Positions 13,213-26,359 of a stretch of 64,000 nucleotides of DNA are shown here, piece after piece (position 1 is the stretch's first letter; every line of letters begins with the position of its first letter). Source of the DNA: Octopus sinensis (Eukaryota); assembly GCF_006345805.1 (NCBI RefSeq), contig NC_042997.1:181846001-181910000 (forward strand), written 5' to 3'. Both the position numbers and the translations under genes were made by a program. A model generated the notes under the pieces. That model saw nothing but the letters and a program-made list of their open reading frames with translations. It had not been told where the DNA came from and did not search any database.

Positions 13213-13483
13213 GTTTTGTGTTAGAACACAAAATACTGTTATTTACTTTGAAAGGACATCTCATATGGATTTGTGGTAGATATATGCACTCGTATTTATA
13301 TTGCTAGCGAGTGATAATCCTTCGCTACCGCCGCCGCCGCCGGAACTATTGGATTAGGTGATTTCTGCCTTCTTTGAATTTTTCAATGGTCGACGTCCGC
13401 GGCTAGACATGTTCTAACGCAACATCCTCTTTTAAGTGGAGTAAATATTACCTTTGCTTTTAATACTACTTATGTCACTATTA

Positions 13484-13553
<70 letters not shown>

Positions 13554-13559
13554 ATATCT

Positions 13560-14082
13560 TAGTAGATATATATATCTTTGAAGATTAAATCCACATCGCT
13601 ACTCAGATTTTTGGGCATCGGGATATCCGTCAGGAAATTTTCGGGATTAATGGATTATTTTCGTAAGATATCGGCTGAGACGATTCTCACCGCGGCTGTA
13701 TGCGATCAAGTGCTAGATTGCAACGCATCGTTCTGGCAGTGCTAATAGCTGGTATGAGAGATTCTGACAGTGCTACGTATGAGAGATTACTTTGGTTGAT
13801 CTGAGGCTGTCAACAGGGACTATCATACATGTTGTTTTGTCGTACCTTTTTGGTGAAAATATACAGTATCTTCTCCAGATAGAATTTCTCAAAGAGAAAT
13901 ACTTATCGAGAGTACCAGTAGGCTGTTTCAGTATGCGAAATATTTCACTAACACGTAATCTGCTTTTATAGCTTTGTCAGTCGTAAATGGTGGTTCTAGT
14001 TGCTCTATCACAATAGTCAGGTTTCGAAAATACTTTAAATTTTCCGGTGCATTAGCTTCCAAATGAATAGGGAGAGATAAGT

Positions 14083-14132
<50 letters not shown>

Positions 14133-14330
14133 GTTTTGCTCTGAATGATAGTATATATAAGATTCATTGGCTCTTGAAAATGTTTGAGATGATTCCAGTA
14201 AATTCCTTTACATAACATTTTCAGGTGTTATGGTTATTCTGTATATCACATCTTTACGGAAGCATGATCGTCTAAGTTGGCAGATTGAGAGGCTTTTGTT
14301 GTTACAAGTTTCGTTTGGGGCTAGATACTG
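13560..14330 (-). mobile_element. Decayed Penelope-like element 3' portion (GIY-YIG + 3' region)
   Basis: Minus translation ETCNNKSLSICQLRRSCFRKDVIYRITI matches the CNC..CPL..CL..VIY motif also seen at 44040; ends at a (TA)n tract. Confidence 0.55.
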
Positions 14331-15586
14331 TCTGGGTGTATGTCTTCCTAGTTCAATCCCACCGCATTGCTCCTCAGAAACGTCTCTCTAAACCCAGTGA
14401 CTATAAATCAGTATAAGTGGCGTCCATATTCATTAAGGCAGTAAACTTTGGCCATTTCACATGCAGGTATCGTTATATAAGTAGATGACTGAATTATAGT
14501 CTGGGTTTGATGTGGTCAACTAGATCAACTGGAGTCTATTTCCCAACGTAAGTCAAGTCAAAAGACTGAAATTATAAACGAACGTACGCACGCGCGTGTG
14601 CGTGTGTATTTGCACATACACACAAATACACTTGTGTCTTTGAACACATCTACATACGTAACCAAATGCATGTCTGTATGTACTGTACTGTATGTATGCA
14701 TGTGTGTGTGTGCGTATGTATATATGCATGTATGTGTGTATATCGTTAAATCTTCTAGCTGATAAAATATGAGTCTTTCGATATAATTAGTAATAATTGT
14801 CTTTTTGTTATCAATATTACTTCACTAACTAGAATCAATTGGATTAAAGATTCTTATCATTAATTCATCAAATTAATGATGCAGATCTTATTTCTGAATA
14901 GAGGACATATGCTAATCTCTGATCATTTAGTTTTGCTTTTCTTTTTAGACCTTAAAGCTATGAAATAGTATATTCATGGAAAGAGAATGAGTGATGAGGA
15001 TGGAGAGAGAGAGAGAGAAAGAAAGAGAGAGGGAGAGAGAGAGATAAAGAGAAAGAGGGAGAATGAGAGAACATGATAGAGAAGTGAAGAGAGAATGCGA
15101 TATTTATCTTGGTAGTTTTCCCTTTTTTTTCTCTTCACAAATGATATTTATTCCAATGATTGCATTGAATTGTTTCTGAGTGATGACGATAAAGCTAGTA
15201 TAACTGCCTAGTTTATTGTCAACATATGCTAACGAACAATTACTATTATAATTGATATACATCTGTCACGTTGAAGGATTATCTTTTCTTAATCATTTTT
15301 TTTTTCTGAAATCACAAGCACCCAAAGGGTCCTTCCATTATCTCGAGTCTCTGTAGCATTGAGTGAACGAGGAAGAAAATACCTATGGGAATATCGAGAT
15401 ATTAGACGTTGGTCTAATTGCAGGTGAACATCTGACCACCTTATGAAATCAAACCACGCGTCATTTCTTCATAGTTAAAATTAAGTGGATCCCGCAAAGA
15501 AACAACTTCGTTATCGCTTGACGTGATAGAAGTTATGCTTAAATTTGCCTGAAATATTACTGTCTCGGTTGCTTACCGTGGGGTAT

Positions 15587-15818
15587 GCAGCGAGCTAGCA
15601 GAAGCGTTAGCACACCGGGCGAAATGCTTTGCGGTACTTCGTCTGCCGTTACGTTGTGAGTTCAAATTCCGCCGAGGTCAACTTTGCCTTTCATCCTTTC
15701 GGGGTCGATAAATTAAGTACACGTTACGCACTGGGGTCGATGTAATCGACATAATACCTATGTCTGTCCTTGTTTGTCCCCTCTATGTTTAGCCCCTTGT
15801 GTGTAATAAAGAAATAGG
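15587..15818 (+). mobile_element. SINE family A monomer
   Basis: Full head gcgagctagcagaagcgttagc, B box gagttcaaattcc, tail aaagaaatag. Confidence 0.9.
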
Positions 15819-16267
15819 TATGTACTGCCTACTCAGGACGGTAACTAATATCGTTGAAGCCATGATACATTTAAGAAGGTGAGGTGTGGGGTAATTTTGC
15901 TATCTCACAGGGCAACCTAAACTCACACAACGCCATTGCACAGCTATCTTATTGTGTCAAATGTAATGTTCATTTATTCACATAATTTAAAGTTAATTAT
16001 GCATTATCTCGTAGCTTTAAGGTTTCGACGGTGTGAATGCTTATTTTCAGAACGACATTATAGGGTTAGTGTAAGAGACCGGATCTGGCCGGATTAAACA
16101 TAAAACATGTAGTATATTTGGACCGGATATTTGGGCCAATTTAAATGCTAAAGGATTTTAAAAATGAACGATATATTAATGTAGTTCCTAAAATCTCAGT
16201 TGCTACAGTATTTGTTCTGAGAAAACATCTGTTATCACTTGCTGTGTTAAAACAACAAATATCGGAG

Positions 16268-16537
16268 ATAAAGATCCACTTCAGTCATGAATGACCATGT
16301 GTTTTCACCTAGAAAGTTCCCCTCCGAGGTACAAGTTCGAGAAAGGTTGTTTATGGAAGACCAGCAGTTGCCCATGCATACCAGCCTCCCCTATTCATGT
16401 CACCAATGTTATCCAAGAGAAAAGCAAAGGCCAATATAATTTGGTCGATGCAGTGATGTCGCAATTCATTTCTACAACTGAGTGAACTGATGCAACGTAA
16501 ACTAAAGTGTCTTGCTCAAGAACACAACACACAGCCC
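16268..16537 (-). mobile_element. SINE family C, headless copy
   Basis: Near-identical to 9600-9872. Confidence 0.8.
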
Positions 16538-19520
16538 TTTATAATTAAAATCTCTGGTCACATCTTTAACGGGAGATCTGCTCGATCAGACTTGGCCTGG
16601 AACATAACGCCAAAACAACACCAGTTTAGAAGTAAAGGAAGTCGTCAGTTAACTTATATAAATAATATTTATGAAGTGAGAAAAACAACACACGCAATAT
16701 TGGTCAGTAATATATTTAAGTGTTATTCTTACCTCATAATATAGTGAAGTGTTATTTTTACCTCATAACATATTTAAGTGTTATTATTGCCTCATAAGAG
16801 AAGCAAAGCTTACACTGAACTCGTGAAGTAGTGAGGAAAGTATTAGTAATAAAAGTACAATATTGAACATTGGCTGGTGAAGGAAAACAGAGTTGTTTAG
16901 AGGATAAATAACTCAGAAACGTCATTTGCATTAAAGGAATTGTCAATGTGGTAAGCATTAAAATACTAAATAGAAATAATAACACAGTAGAGAGAAAACT
17001 ATTTGAATCAATGACTAATATTATTTTAATTATAATGTAATAGAGAAAGCTTGTCTATATCTATGAGTTATTCTCACCTCATCAGCGAAGCATGAACTTG
17101 AGTCAGTTCGCTTCGCTACAAACATATTTCAGCGTTCTCAAAATGATTAAGAACCGTCGACTTTTTCTCTGGTTCTTCGATACCACATAGAGTCAGCCAT
17201 CTAAGCTCTTTCATAATGGTATATATTGAAGAATTAACCGTTAAGTCTTTAATGTAAAAGACATTAAATATTTTAAGTACCAATTTGAGACAATCATTAA
17301 GTAGGATACCTTGCTAGATTGGCTAGCATGAAGTGGTTAACGAACTGTCTTCTGGAAATACAAAAAAAAAATTACAGTTGAAGTCTTAGAAAGAAGTCAT
17401 AATATATAATTGGAAAAGAAGGTTTGGTAGTCGCTCTGTTATGTAATCGGTAACATCATCACATAGCAAGCTAGGGATATGTGTTGGAATTTATTCAGTG
17501 GTTTCGTTGACTTTTTCTGTTCCTAACTGGTAAATATACTGCCTAATATCAGTATTTGTTTTTGATAGAGTAATTCACGATCTGCTCTTTTATATCAGGT
17601 ATTATCAAAGGGGCCCGCACAAACGACAAAGGGAATGTTAAGAGTCACCAAAAGTGTATGTGAGCTGTATATTTATCTTAATATTAAGTACAGTCATAAG
17701 AGTAAATGTTGAAGGCTAGAAATACAAGTGTTTGCGGTTGACTTTCGGCAAACAAAAATGGTTGGCAAACACTATTATTGTAGATTAACAATGTTGTGTA
17801 AAGTAACGTTCAAAAGAGAAATAAAATTACAGAAATTTAGTGAGTTCTGTAAATCATTTGATATTTGGAGAACCATTTGAATTCTTATTCTGCTTGTAAT
17901 TCATCTCGTGTGAATCAATGTGTTGGCGCATATCCCACGGCAAACACCACTTAACAGATGTGAATTGAATTCAGCATACGAAGGTAACAAAATATTCATC
18001 TGTTACTCAGTGTTTGTTTCAGCAACTTATAATGGAGTATTGAAACAAATATCGTAAACACTAAAAACTAGATGAACTTAGCAGTTTAAGAAGTGAATAT
18101 TTTTGACCATAGACACAATGTAGTAGTGTTTGCAGGTTGCAGACTTCATCAATTGTTTCTGCAGCTTTTCTGTTCAAAGCACCTCACACTTGTAAACTTT
18201 CAACCTTCAAAATATGTTTCTAATATCATCATAATAATACGAACATTGGCGAAAGATAGCTGTTGATGACCGCAACCCTATTAAGCTACTGGAGTTTATT
18301 TTATGGGTCACGAAAGGATAAAAGACATAGTCGGTCCGGAGGGATCTGAACTTTTATCCAGAAGTGAAGTAGCACCATATCAATTTCTGACACAAGCACA
18401 AGGTTCAAATTTGTAAGAGAAAACAATTCAGTGAAATCAACTTCGGTTTTTAATTGGTACTATTTTATCCACCCTGGAAAGGCAAAATTACTCCGTTAGA
18501 TTTGAACTCAGAAAGCTTCTAATGGGAAGTGGGATTTGAACTTATAACGCTAAGAGATTAAACAAATAATACAGGACATCTTTTTCCGTCGCTCTATCAG
18601 TTCGGCCAATCCGCTACTCTAACTGATTCTTTATCTGATAACTCGAATGAGGTAAAGGCAGGGTTTAAACCCAGAGCTCAGAGATTGGAACAAAAACCGC
18701 AAAGTATTCTTATAGCTCTGATGCCCCAACGATCCTGTCAATTTAATGCCCTTCTAGGGTCGATAAAATAAATAATGATGATTTATCAGAGGCTAATTCA
18801 ATCGAAACAACTCTTTTTCGAAAAATCTCTAAATTATCTAAAATGAGATAAATGTGAGAAATTGTTATTGCAAAGGTTGCTAAGGAAACGAAGGAGCAGA
18901 AACAGCAGAATATTATACTAAACGTCGCTAAGTAATTTAGTTAGGTACATTCACGTGTGTTTTGAAATCTCACAGGAGACCGACTGTGTCTATTGTACAT
19001 CTCTATAGTAGTTGATAAAATAAGTACGTTTATTACGCTAGTTTGAATTTATTGACAATAACACTTCTTTTCAAGTTTCTGGTTTTGTGCCAAAGTGAGA
19101 AATCAATAACAATTATGAATTTCCTTTGAGAGCAGGGTGTAACGGCAGAATCGGTGCAGCTCTAGACATAAATAATACATTAGGATTTTCAGTTGCAATT
19201 CCTTTTATGCCTTGAGTTCGAATTCGACTTCGCTGAGTTAGATAAGATGAAGCACCAGACAAGCATGGGGGCTTTAGATAATAAACAGTTTCCTTCTTCC
19301 ACATAAATTTCTAGTCGTATCCCATTATTAGAGATCAGTAGGTAAGAAAGTTCATTTGGTAAAAATGCTGAGCAAATGGTATGCCCCGCCCCTTGGCAAA
19401 AAGAGCGCACTATGATATCCATACGCGCTTCAAGTTTTTTTCTAATAACTTATACTTTATTGCACTTAGGAGAAAACCATGAATTTCTGATTCCCACCTT
19501 CCTAGTCTAAAATGATTACA

Positions 19521-19744
19521 GGTAAGATTACCGCTATCAGTTCATCGCAGGAGAGTACACTACCATCAATTCACTGTGAACAATGTTAACCGTGAGGAAA
19601 TTTCACTGCGAAGAAAGTTTACCGAGAAAAATATATCCATAGTTTCTCACTAATAATAGTTAAGATTTATTTTTTGAAAAATTATGTCAAAAAATTCGCA
19701 CGGTGAACTTTCACTGTGGTGAATTGATGACGGTGAACTTACCG
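19521..19744. mobile_element. MITE with imperfect TIRs
   Basis: ggtaagattaccg...cggtgaacttacc termini with internal ttcac(t/c)g subrepeats. Confidence 0.6.
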
Positions 19745-19764
19745 GGCATGGTCTAAAATATTAA

Positions 19765-20085
19765 GATGTTCGTTTGTGCAGGAAGTTCACCTCGAAATCG
19801 TGAAGTTTCGGCTCCGATTCTGCTGTGTGGCATCTTGGACAAATTTCATTTCTATTGCCTCGGGTCAGGTCGGTCCATACCTTATATGGGAAATTGGTTA
19901 AATAAAAACTATGTAGAAGATCATCAGATGGATTGCACTTGTAATTCAAAGACCCAGTCTTGTCATATAATGTTACGCTGATTCTACTTGAGAAATTTAT
20001 GTTAAGGGTATATTTGTCTGTGGTCTGTATAGATATTTACACATCAATTCAGTGAACCTCATAGCTTAGTACATCGAACAAATGA
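19765..20085 (+). mobile_element. Old chimeric SINE (family B head/CORE + family C tail)
   Basis: tgtgtggcatcttggacaaa (B-like), then ttcaaagacccagtcttgtca...ttaagggtatatttgtctgtgg (similar to the tail of 43507 and 49778). Confidence 0.55.
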
Positions 20086-20407
20086 ACACTAACGGTCAGA
20101 AATTCTAACCAATATGTATATCAAAACAAAAGAAAAGAACACTGTAGCACGATTTTTAAACTCATATATATGTGTGTTGATTACTAACATTTCCACAAGA
20201 TCACGCACGACGGGACAGGGCATAGATGGCTAAATTGGATTCTAGTATTTGAATGATAAGGAGGAGAAAATAGCTAAGTCTGCCTGGGCTGGGTTTGAAC
20301 TCAAAACTTACATCAGCAGAGTATTTTGTCCCTCGTACCACAAACTCTTCCATAACCACTCTTCTATACTATTTAACCATAATCCTTGATTAGTATATAC
20401 GTGTTAA

Positions 20408-20782
20408 TCTCTCTATATATAAGCGGCAAAATGTCTGTCTGTGTGCGTGTGTGCGTGTCCTTTATACAAATCCACAATTTTTCAGTTAGAGGGCTCACAC
20501 TTTCTATGGTCATTCAAAACCGTCCAAGGGTGATTGTGCACATCTTTACATTTCCCCAGTCACCCCGCAAAGCCATTAAAAATCAATAGAAGTGACTTTT
20601 TTGTGAATTTTCTATCCAAAACCCAATCAAAATGCCCGAAACTTGATACGCCAATTGAATGCCAGCTAGCTGTATGTGATTGGTCGGAGATTTGGACAGT
20701 ACTCGCGTGTATGTGCGCATGCACGCAGCTGTACATGCATGCACTAGCACTATGACCCGGCAACGCCGGGTCATAGTGCTAG
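20408..20782 (+). mobile_element. Non-autonomous Helitron
   Basis: A|TC 5' end, 3' hairpin ending CTAG|T, no TSD; second copy at 47443-47774. Confidence 0.8.
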
Positions 20783-21128
20783 TATGAAATATTTTATTTT
20801 AAAATGTGAGGAAAAGGATAATTACACGATAGTGCGGTAGATCCAGTGTACTAAGGAATATCTATCTCATATATGTGATGAAATCAGCTGACTTCAGAAG
20901 AGGAAAAATACAAGCTGTGATCTGTGCTCAATATGATTAATGAAGTTAGCTCTGGCGCTGTACGTTCTATGATCGAATGTCATCGAAATCGATAAAATAA
21001 GTTCCGGTTGAGCACTGGTATCGATATAACCAACTTCCTTATCCCTTCACCATCGCTTACCTTGTATTAAAATTGGAAAGAATTATTAGTGGAGTAAATG
21101 AAATAACCACAAATCGGTAATGTTATAT

Positions 21129-21543
21129 ATTTCTTTACTGCCTACAGTGGGCTAAACATAGAGGGAACAAACAAGGACAGACAAACGGATTAAGTCGATT
21201 ACATCGACCCCAGTGCGTAACTGGTATTTAATTTATCGACCTCGAAAGGATGAAAGGCAAAGTCGACCTCGGCAGAATTTGAACTCAGAACGTAACGGCA
21301 GACGAAATACCTATTTCTTTACTACCCACAAGGAGCTAAACACAGAAGGGACAAACAAGGACAGACAAACGGATTAAGTCGATTACATCGACCCCAGTGA
21401 CTAACTGGTACTTATTTAATCGACCCTGAAAGGATGGAAGGCAAAGTCGACCTCGGCGGAATTTGAACTCAGAACGTAACGACAGACGAAATACCGCTAA
21501 GCATTTCGCCCGGCGCGCTAACGTTCTGCCAGCTCGCCGCCTT
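21129..21543 (-). mobile_element. SINE family A dimer
   Basis: Two units + one head; 19-bp TSD caaatcggtaatgttatat. Confidence 0.9.
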
Positions 21544-21986
21544 CAAATCGGTAATGTTATATTCTCTCTGTCGAAAACTTATTGCTTATGCAACGCCTCA
21601 GTTGGTAGTCACTAATATTGAAATTGTGTATTTAAAACACATATGCATTTTTAAAATGGAGTAATTAGAAAAAGTTTTAGCAATGAAATTAAATCATTAA
21701 AATTAATTAAAAACAAAATATTACTAATAGCAATTTGAAAATAAATGACTGATCCTTATCACATTTCTTAAATATTTAGCAAGAATTTCTCATTCGTTGC
21801 TGATGAAATACTGAGAAGGAAACACAATAAGAAAAAAGCAATTGGATAATAAAATATACTGGAATAACGAATGGAAATCGATTGATGAGGTTTGTGCTAC
21901 GCAAGAGGTAAATGGCTGACAAGTTTCTATTCCTATTCAAAGCAAATTTCAGCTCGTTCACGCTTGTAAATCGAGTGGTGAATGCA

Positions 21987-22432
21987 AGGCAGCGAGCTGG
22001 TAGAACCGTTAGCAAACCGGGCGAAATGCGTAGCCATATTTCGTCTGCCGTTACGTTCTGAGTTCAAATTCCGCCGCGGTCGACTTTGCCTTTCATCTTT
22101 TCGAGGTCGATAAATTAAGTACCAGTTACGAACTGGGGTCGATGTAATCGACTTAATCCGTTTGTCTGTCCTTGTTTGTCCCCTCTATGTTTAGCCCCTT
22201 GTGGGTAATAAAGAAACAGATAAGCTGGCGGAACCGTTACCACGCCGGGTAAAATATTTGGCGACATTTCATTCATTTTCACGTTCTGAGTTCAAATGTG
22301 GCCGAAGTTGACTTTGCTTTTCATCGTCTATGGGTCGATTAAAATAAATACCAATTGACCACTGTGGGGGTCGATATAATTGGCCTAGCACCTCCCCCTA
22401 AACTGCCGGCCCTGTGTCAAAATTTGAAACCA
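21987..22432 (+). mobile_element. SINE family A monomer (21987-22219) abutting or inserted in an older relative (22222-22432)
   Basis: Sequence similarity to the other family A copies. Confidence 0.85.
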
Positions 22433-22795
22433 ATATATGATTGTTTAATGTTAGAAATGCTCGGTACAGTTGCCAACAAATAGCTAGCGCTGTTTGTTCA
22501 TATTTCTTTACATTCTTAGTTTAAATTCTACCGAAGTTAATTTTTATCATTCGATCTTAGGGTTCAGTGAAATAATTACCAGTTAAGTGGAGCTGTTTAA
22601 TTTACCACACTCGTTTTCGAAATTTATGGTTCTTTGCATGCCCGACCACACGGACACATAACCATTGTTCAAGGCAAGTATAACTTTGCAGCTTATGCAA
22701 TGCTTTCGTTATTTGTTCTAGAAGCTTATGTAGTCGCGAACAGACATAAACATTCTGTCGACCTTCCTGCCTTCTATGCAGCAGAACGTCGACAG

Positions 22796-22799
22796 AGGG

Positions 22800-22872
<73 letters not shown>

Positions 22873-22885
22873 TAGAAAGAAAGAA

Positions 22886-22950
<65 letters not shown>
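22796..22950. repeat. (GATA)n/(GA)n microsatellite
   Basis: Direct inspection. Confidence 0.95.
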
Positions 22951-22954
<4 letters not shown>

Positions 22955-23018
22955 TGAGCTGCACCAAAACTGAGTTGGTACTCATTTTCAGATAGGCAGA
23001 AACAATGTGAAATGAGTT

Positions 23019-23253
23019 AAGGCGGCGAGCTGGCAGAAATGTTAGCACACAGGGCGAAATGCTTAGCAGTTTTTTCGTCTGCTGCTGCGTTCTGAGTTCA
23101 AATTCCGCCGAGGTCGACTTTACCTTTCATCCTTTCGGGGTCGATTAAATAAGTACCAGTTACGCACTGGGGTCGATGTAATCGACTTAATCTGTTTGTC
23201 TGTCCTTGTTTGTCCTCTCTGTGTTTAGCCCCTTGTGGGTAGTAAAGAAATAA
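23019..23253 (+). mobile_element. SINE family A monomer
   Basis: 21-bp TSD agaaacaa(t/c)gtgaaatgagtt. Confidence 0.9.
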
Positions 23254-23689
23254 GAAACAACGTGAAATGAGTTTTACTCAAAAAAAAAACAACGTCGCGT
23301 TGCCCGGTCTGGGATCGAACCCATGATCTAGTGATCCTCAACCCAACGCCTTAACCCCCTAGGCTACGCGCCTCTTATGTCTATGTCAGAAAACAACATG
23401 GTTGTATGAATAACAAAATAGGTGGTGTTTAACTATATGTCTTTATGTTCTAAATGCTGAAAAGTGAAGTGAGCAAGATTGTACGAATTGGCAATGAGCG
23501 CCTCAAGAAGCAATCTCTTCCTGATGATACAACGTTAAAACAGCTGGGCTCTCTTACCTCAGAGAAGACTTGGATGGTAAGCACTCAGCATACAAAAAGA
23601 AAATGACGATGCATGGGTATGTTGCCCCGGAAGCTTGAAGAAGATAGTAGAACTGACACGAAGCGTAGCCTCTCTTGGACACAAGACTA

Positions 23690-23924
23690 CTACATCACAT
23701 CAAGGTAGGAGAGTGTGCGCCCTCTGGTATTGCGAGTAGATACTCGCAATCTACACGCAATACCAGAGGGCGCACACTCTCCTACCCTGATGTAATCTCC
23801 AGGGATACAGGCATCCAGCAACAGGACCTCCGTAATGCCATGATGGACTGTGAAGTCTGGCGTAGCATGGTAAATTCCATTGTTTCGACCACGGTCGAAC
23901 AATGATGATGATGATGATGATGAT
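23690..23924 (+). mobile_element. 5'-truncated RTE-like LINE 3' end with 5' fold-back and (GAT)n tail
   Basis: RGRTLSYPDVISRDTG..DLRNAMMD.EVWR resembles RTE C-termini; TSD gtagcctctcttggacacaagac. Confidence 0.7.
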
Positions 23925-24750
23925 GTAGCCTCTCTTGGACACAAGACAGCACATCACACTTTGAAAGCTATGCGGTTGCAATCCAGGAACAAGAGATTGC
24001 CACAAAGTACTTGATGAATAAGAGAGACAGTGACGCTCTTGTAATCCCAATGTGCAACCGCATGTGTAGACTATATCATGTTTCTGGAAAGACATCACGC
24101 ATGTGATTAGCAGCTGTTCTGAAATATCGTCACTGTACTACATTCCTATGTTGTCGTTAAAACAATTTACAATGCCATCCGCAAAAATGACTGACCTGAA
24201 ATAAACTTTGAAAATCCCTCTGTTATGGAATACATTCATAAACACCAACTCAAGGAATACTGGTGGAAAATTCCCATCAAAACTTCTGTCAAATGTAAAC
24301 ATAACAGGCCGGATATTGTTGTTTGGGACAGAGGGGCAAATGTAATCATTAAAAATGCTATTATCCGTTCAGAAGTGTGCCGTGAACTATAAATACTGCC
24401 CTGCAGATATAAATATCTCTTCGAAAATCAAAGAAAAAGAGGATATCTATGGACAACTGCTTCGAAATCTCCAGCTTCTATATCCAGACTATGAATTCAT
24501 ATTTGTACCAATAATAATTGGAGCACCAGGTTTTGTTAGTAAATGTTTAAAGGAGAATCTGGATAAACTTGAAATTTTCAGAAAGTGAAATCGACCGGCT
24601 AATTAGTACATTACAAGTGCAATCTGTGAGTGGAACAGTAAAAATATGCAAGAGTTTTCTCAAGTTTCAAATGTGAATTTGTCTGTGTCAGCCTTGTATC
24701 TTTGTTGGAAACCGGCTCCCTCCTGAATGGAAAATTTATAATAATTGAAA
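23925..24750 (+). mobile_element. Decayed non-LTR retrotransposon with restriction-like endonuclease (R4/NeSL-like), C-terminus
   Basis: HVISSC (CCHC knuckle), KHNRPDIVVWD, CPADIN..KEKEDIY..L..LYPDY..VPIIIGA; followed by (CATA)n. Confidence 0.8.
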
Positions 24751-25285
24751 AAAAAGAGACATACATACATGCATGCATGTATGCATGCATGCATGTATGC
24801 ATTCATACATACGCACATACATACATACACATACATACATACATACATACATACATACATACATACATACATACATACATACATACATACAAACATACAT
24901 ACATAATACATACATGCATACATACATACATGCTTACGCATGTACTTGCACGATTTCAGATTGTTTACACCGTGTAATATCATTTCAGTCTTGAAGAAAA
25001 TGTCAAACATTACGGTGCTTTGTTCGCTGAACCTATCTTAAGAAAACAACAACAGAAATTTATATTACTATGACATGTTAGCTCCTGTGATCATTAGAAA
25101 TGCTATTGTCTGTTCAGAAGTATGTCGTGAACTATAAATACTGATATCGTGATCATAACATGATTATGAAAGCCATGTTTTCTGTATACAAACAAGCTGG
25201 AAATGATATCGGGAAGCCATCAGTGAATTATTGTCATCATAATGTAAGATTTAGTGTAGTTTTAACAAATATTCTACACAGTATA

Positions 25286-25485
25286 GGCGTAGGAGTGGCT
25301 GTGTGGTAAGTAGATTCTTACGAACTACATGGTTCCGGGTTTAGTTCTACTGCGTCTTCTACTATCGCCTCGGGCCGACCAAAGCCTTGTGAGTGGATTT
25401 GGTAGATGGAAACTGAAAGAAGCCCGTCATATATATGTATATGCATATATATATATCTGTGTGTGTTGTGTGTGTGTAGCCCGTC

Positions 25486-25538
<53 letters not shown>

Positions 25539-25896
25539 GAAAATAGTAAAAAGTGAAAAAACTACAGAAGGCTTGTTTTAAAAGGTTAAAAAATATATAT
25601 TTGAGTCATTATGTCAGAAGAATGTTATAAATTTTTTTCATACAATGACATAGTTTTGAAGAAATGACCGGTTTCGCGTTCAGCTTTTCAAATTTCTTAC
25701 ATCGTTATGATTTCGTTGAGAAGTGTAAAGAAGAATTCCAGGTAAGGGGAGGTAATAAGTAATTTCTTCCGGTGTAAGGGAGATAATCGCTTAATATTTC
25801 TTGCCTTTTGGGGGGGGGGGAGTTTCTCTGTATAAGAATGTTGGAGTGGTTAAGTTTGGGCTTATATTTTTCAATGAAGAATGTTTCCTTGTTTAG

Positions 25897-25980
<84 letters not shown>

Positions 25981-26205
25981 TGTGTGTGTGTGTGGTGTGT
26001 GTGTGTGTGTGTTCCCCCCAACATCGCTTGACAAGCGATGCTGGTGTGTTTACGCCCCCGTAACATAGCGATTCGGCAAATGAGACCTATAGAATAAGTA
26101 CTAGGCTTACAAAGAATAAGTCCTGGAGTCGATTTGATCGACTAAAGGCAGTGCTCCAGCATGGCCACAGTCAAATGACTGAAACAATTAAAAGAGTAAA
26201 AGAGT
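25286..26205 (+). mobile_element. SINE family B, interrupted within its microsatellite by a ~380-bp hammerhead-bearing insert
   Basis: Head at 25286, tail at 26010-26205, foreign sequence at ~25530-25900. Confidence 0.8.
25659..25698 (-). ncRNA. Minimal type I hammerhead ribozyme, U3:A8 variant
   Basis: aagaaat-UUGAAAA-gc(ugaac)gc-GAAA-ccgg-UC-auuucuu: 7-bp stem I, palindromic stem III. Confidence 0.6.
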
Positions 26206-26359
26206 ATAATAAGTACTATGAGACAAACTCTTGCAGAAATTACGAAAATTACTTGAACGTTTTGTTTTCAAATTGCAAAGGTAACCTTTGTGAATACGGT
26301 TTTTAAGAGTAGTATATTATATATGCGAAACTCTACAGAATGTGTATGTAATTATCTAT

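Noticed and set aside
17055-17118. Hairpin agcgaagc...gcttcgct next to CTGATGA on minus
   Set aside because: GAAA and stem III of a hammerhead are missing
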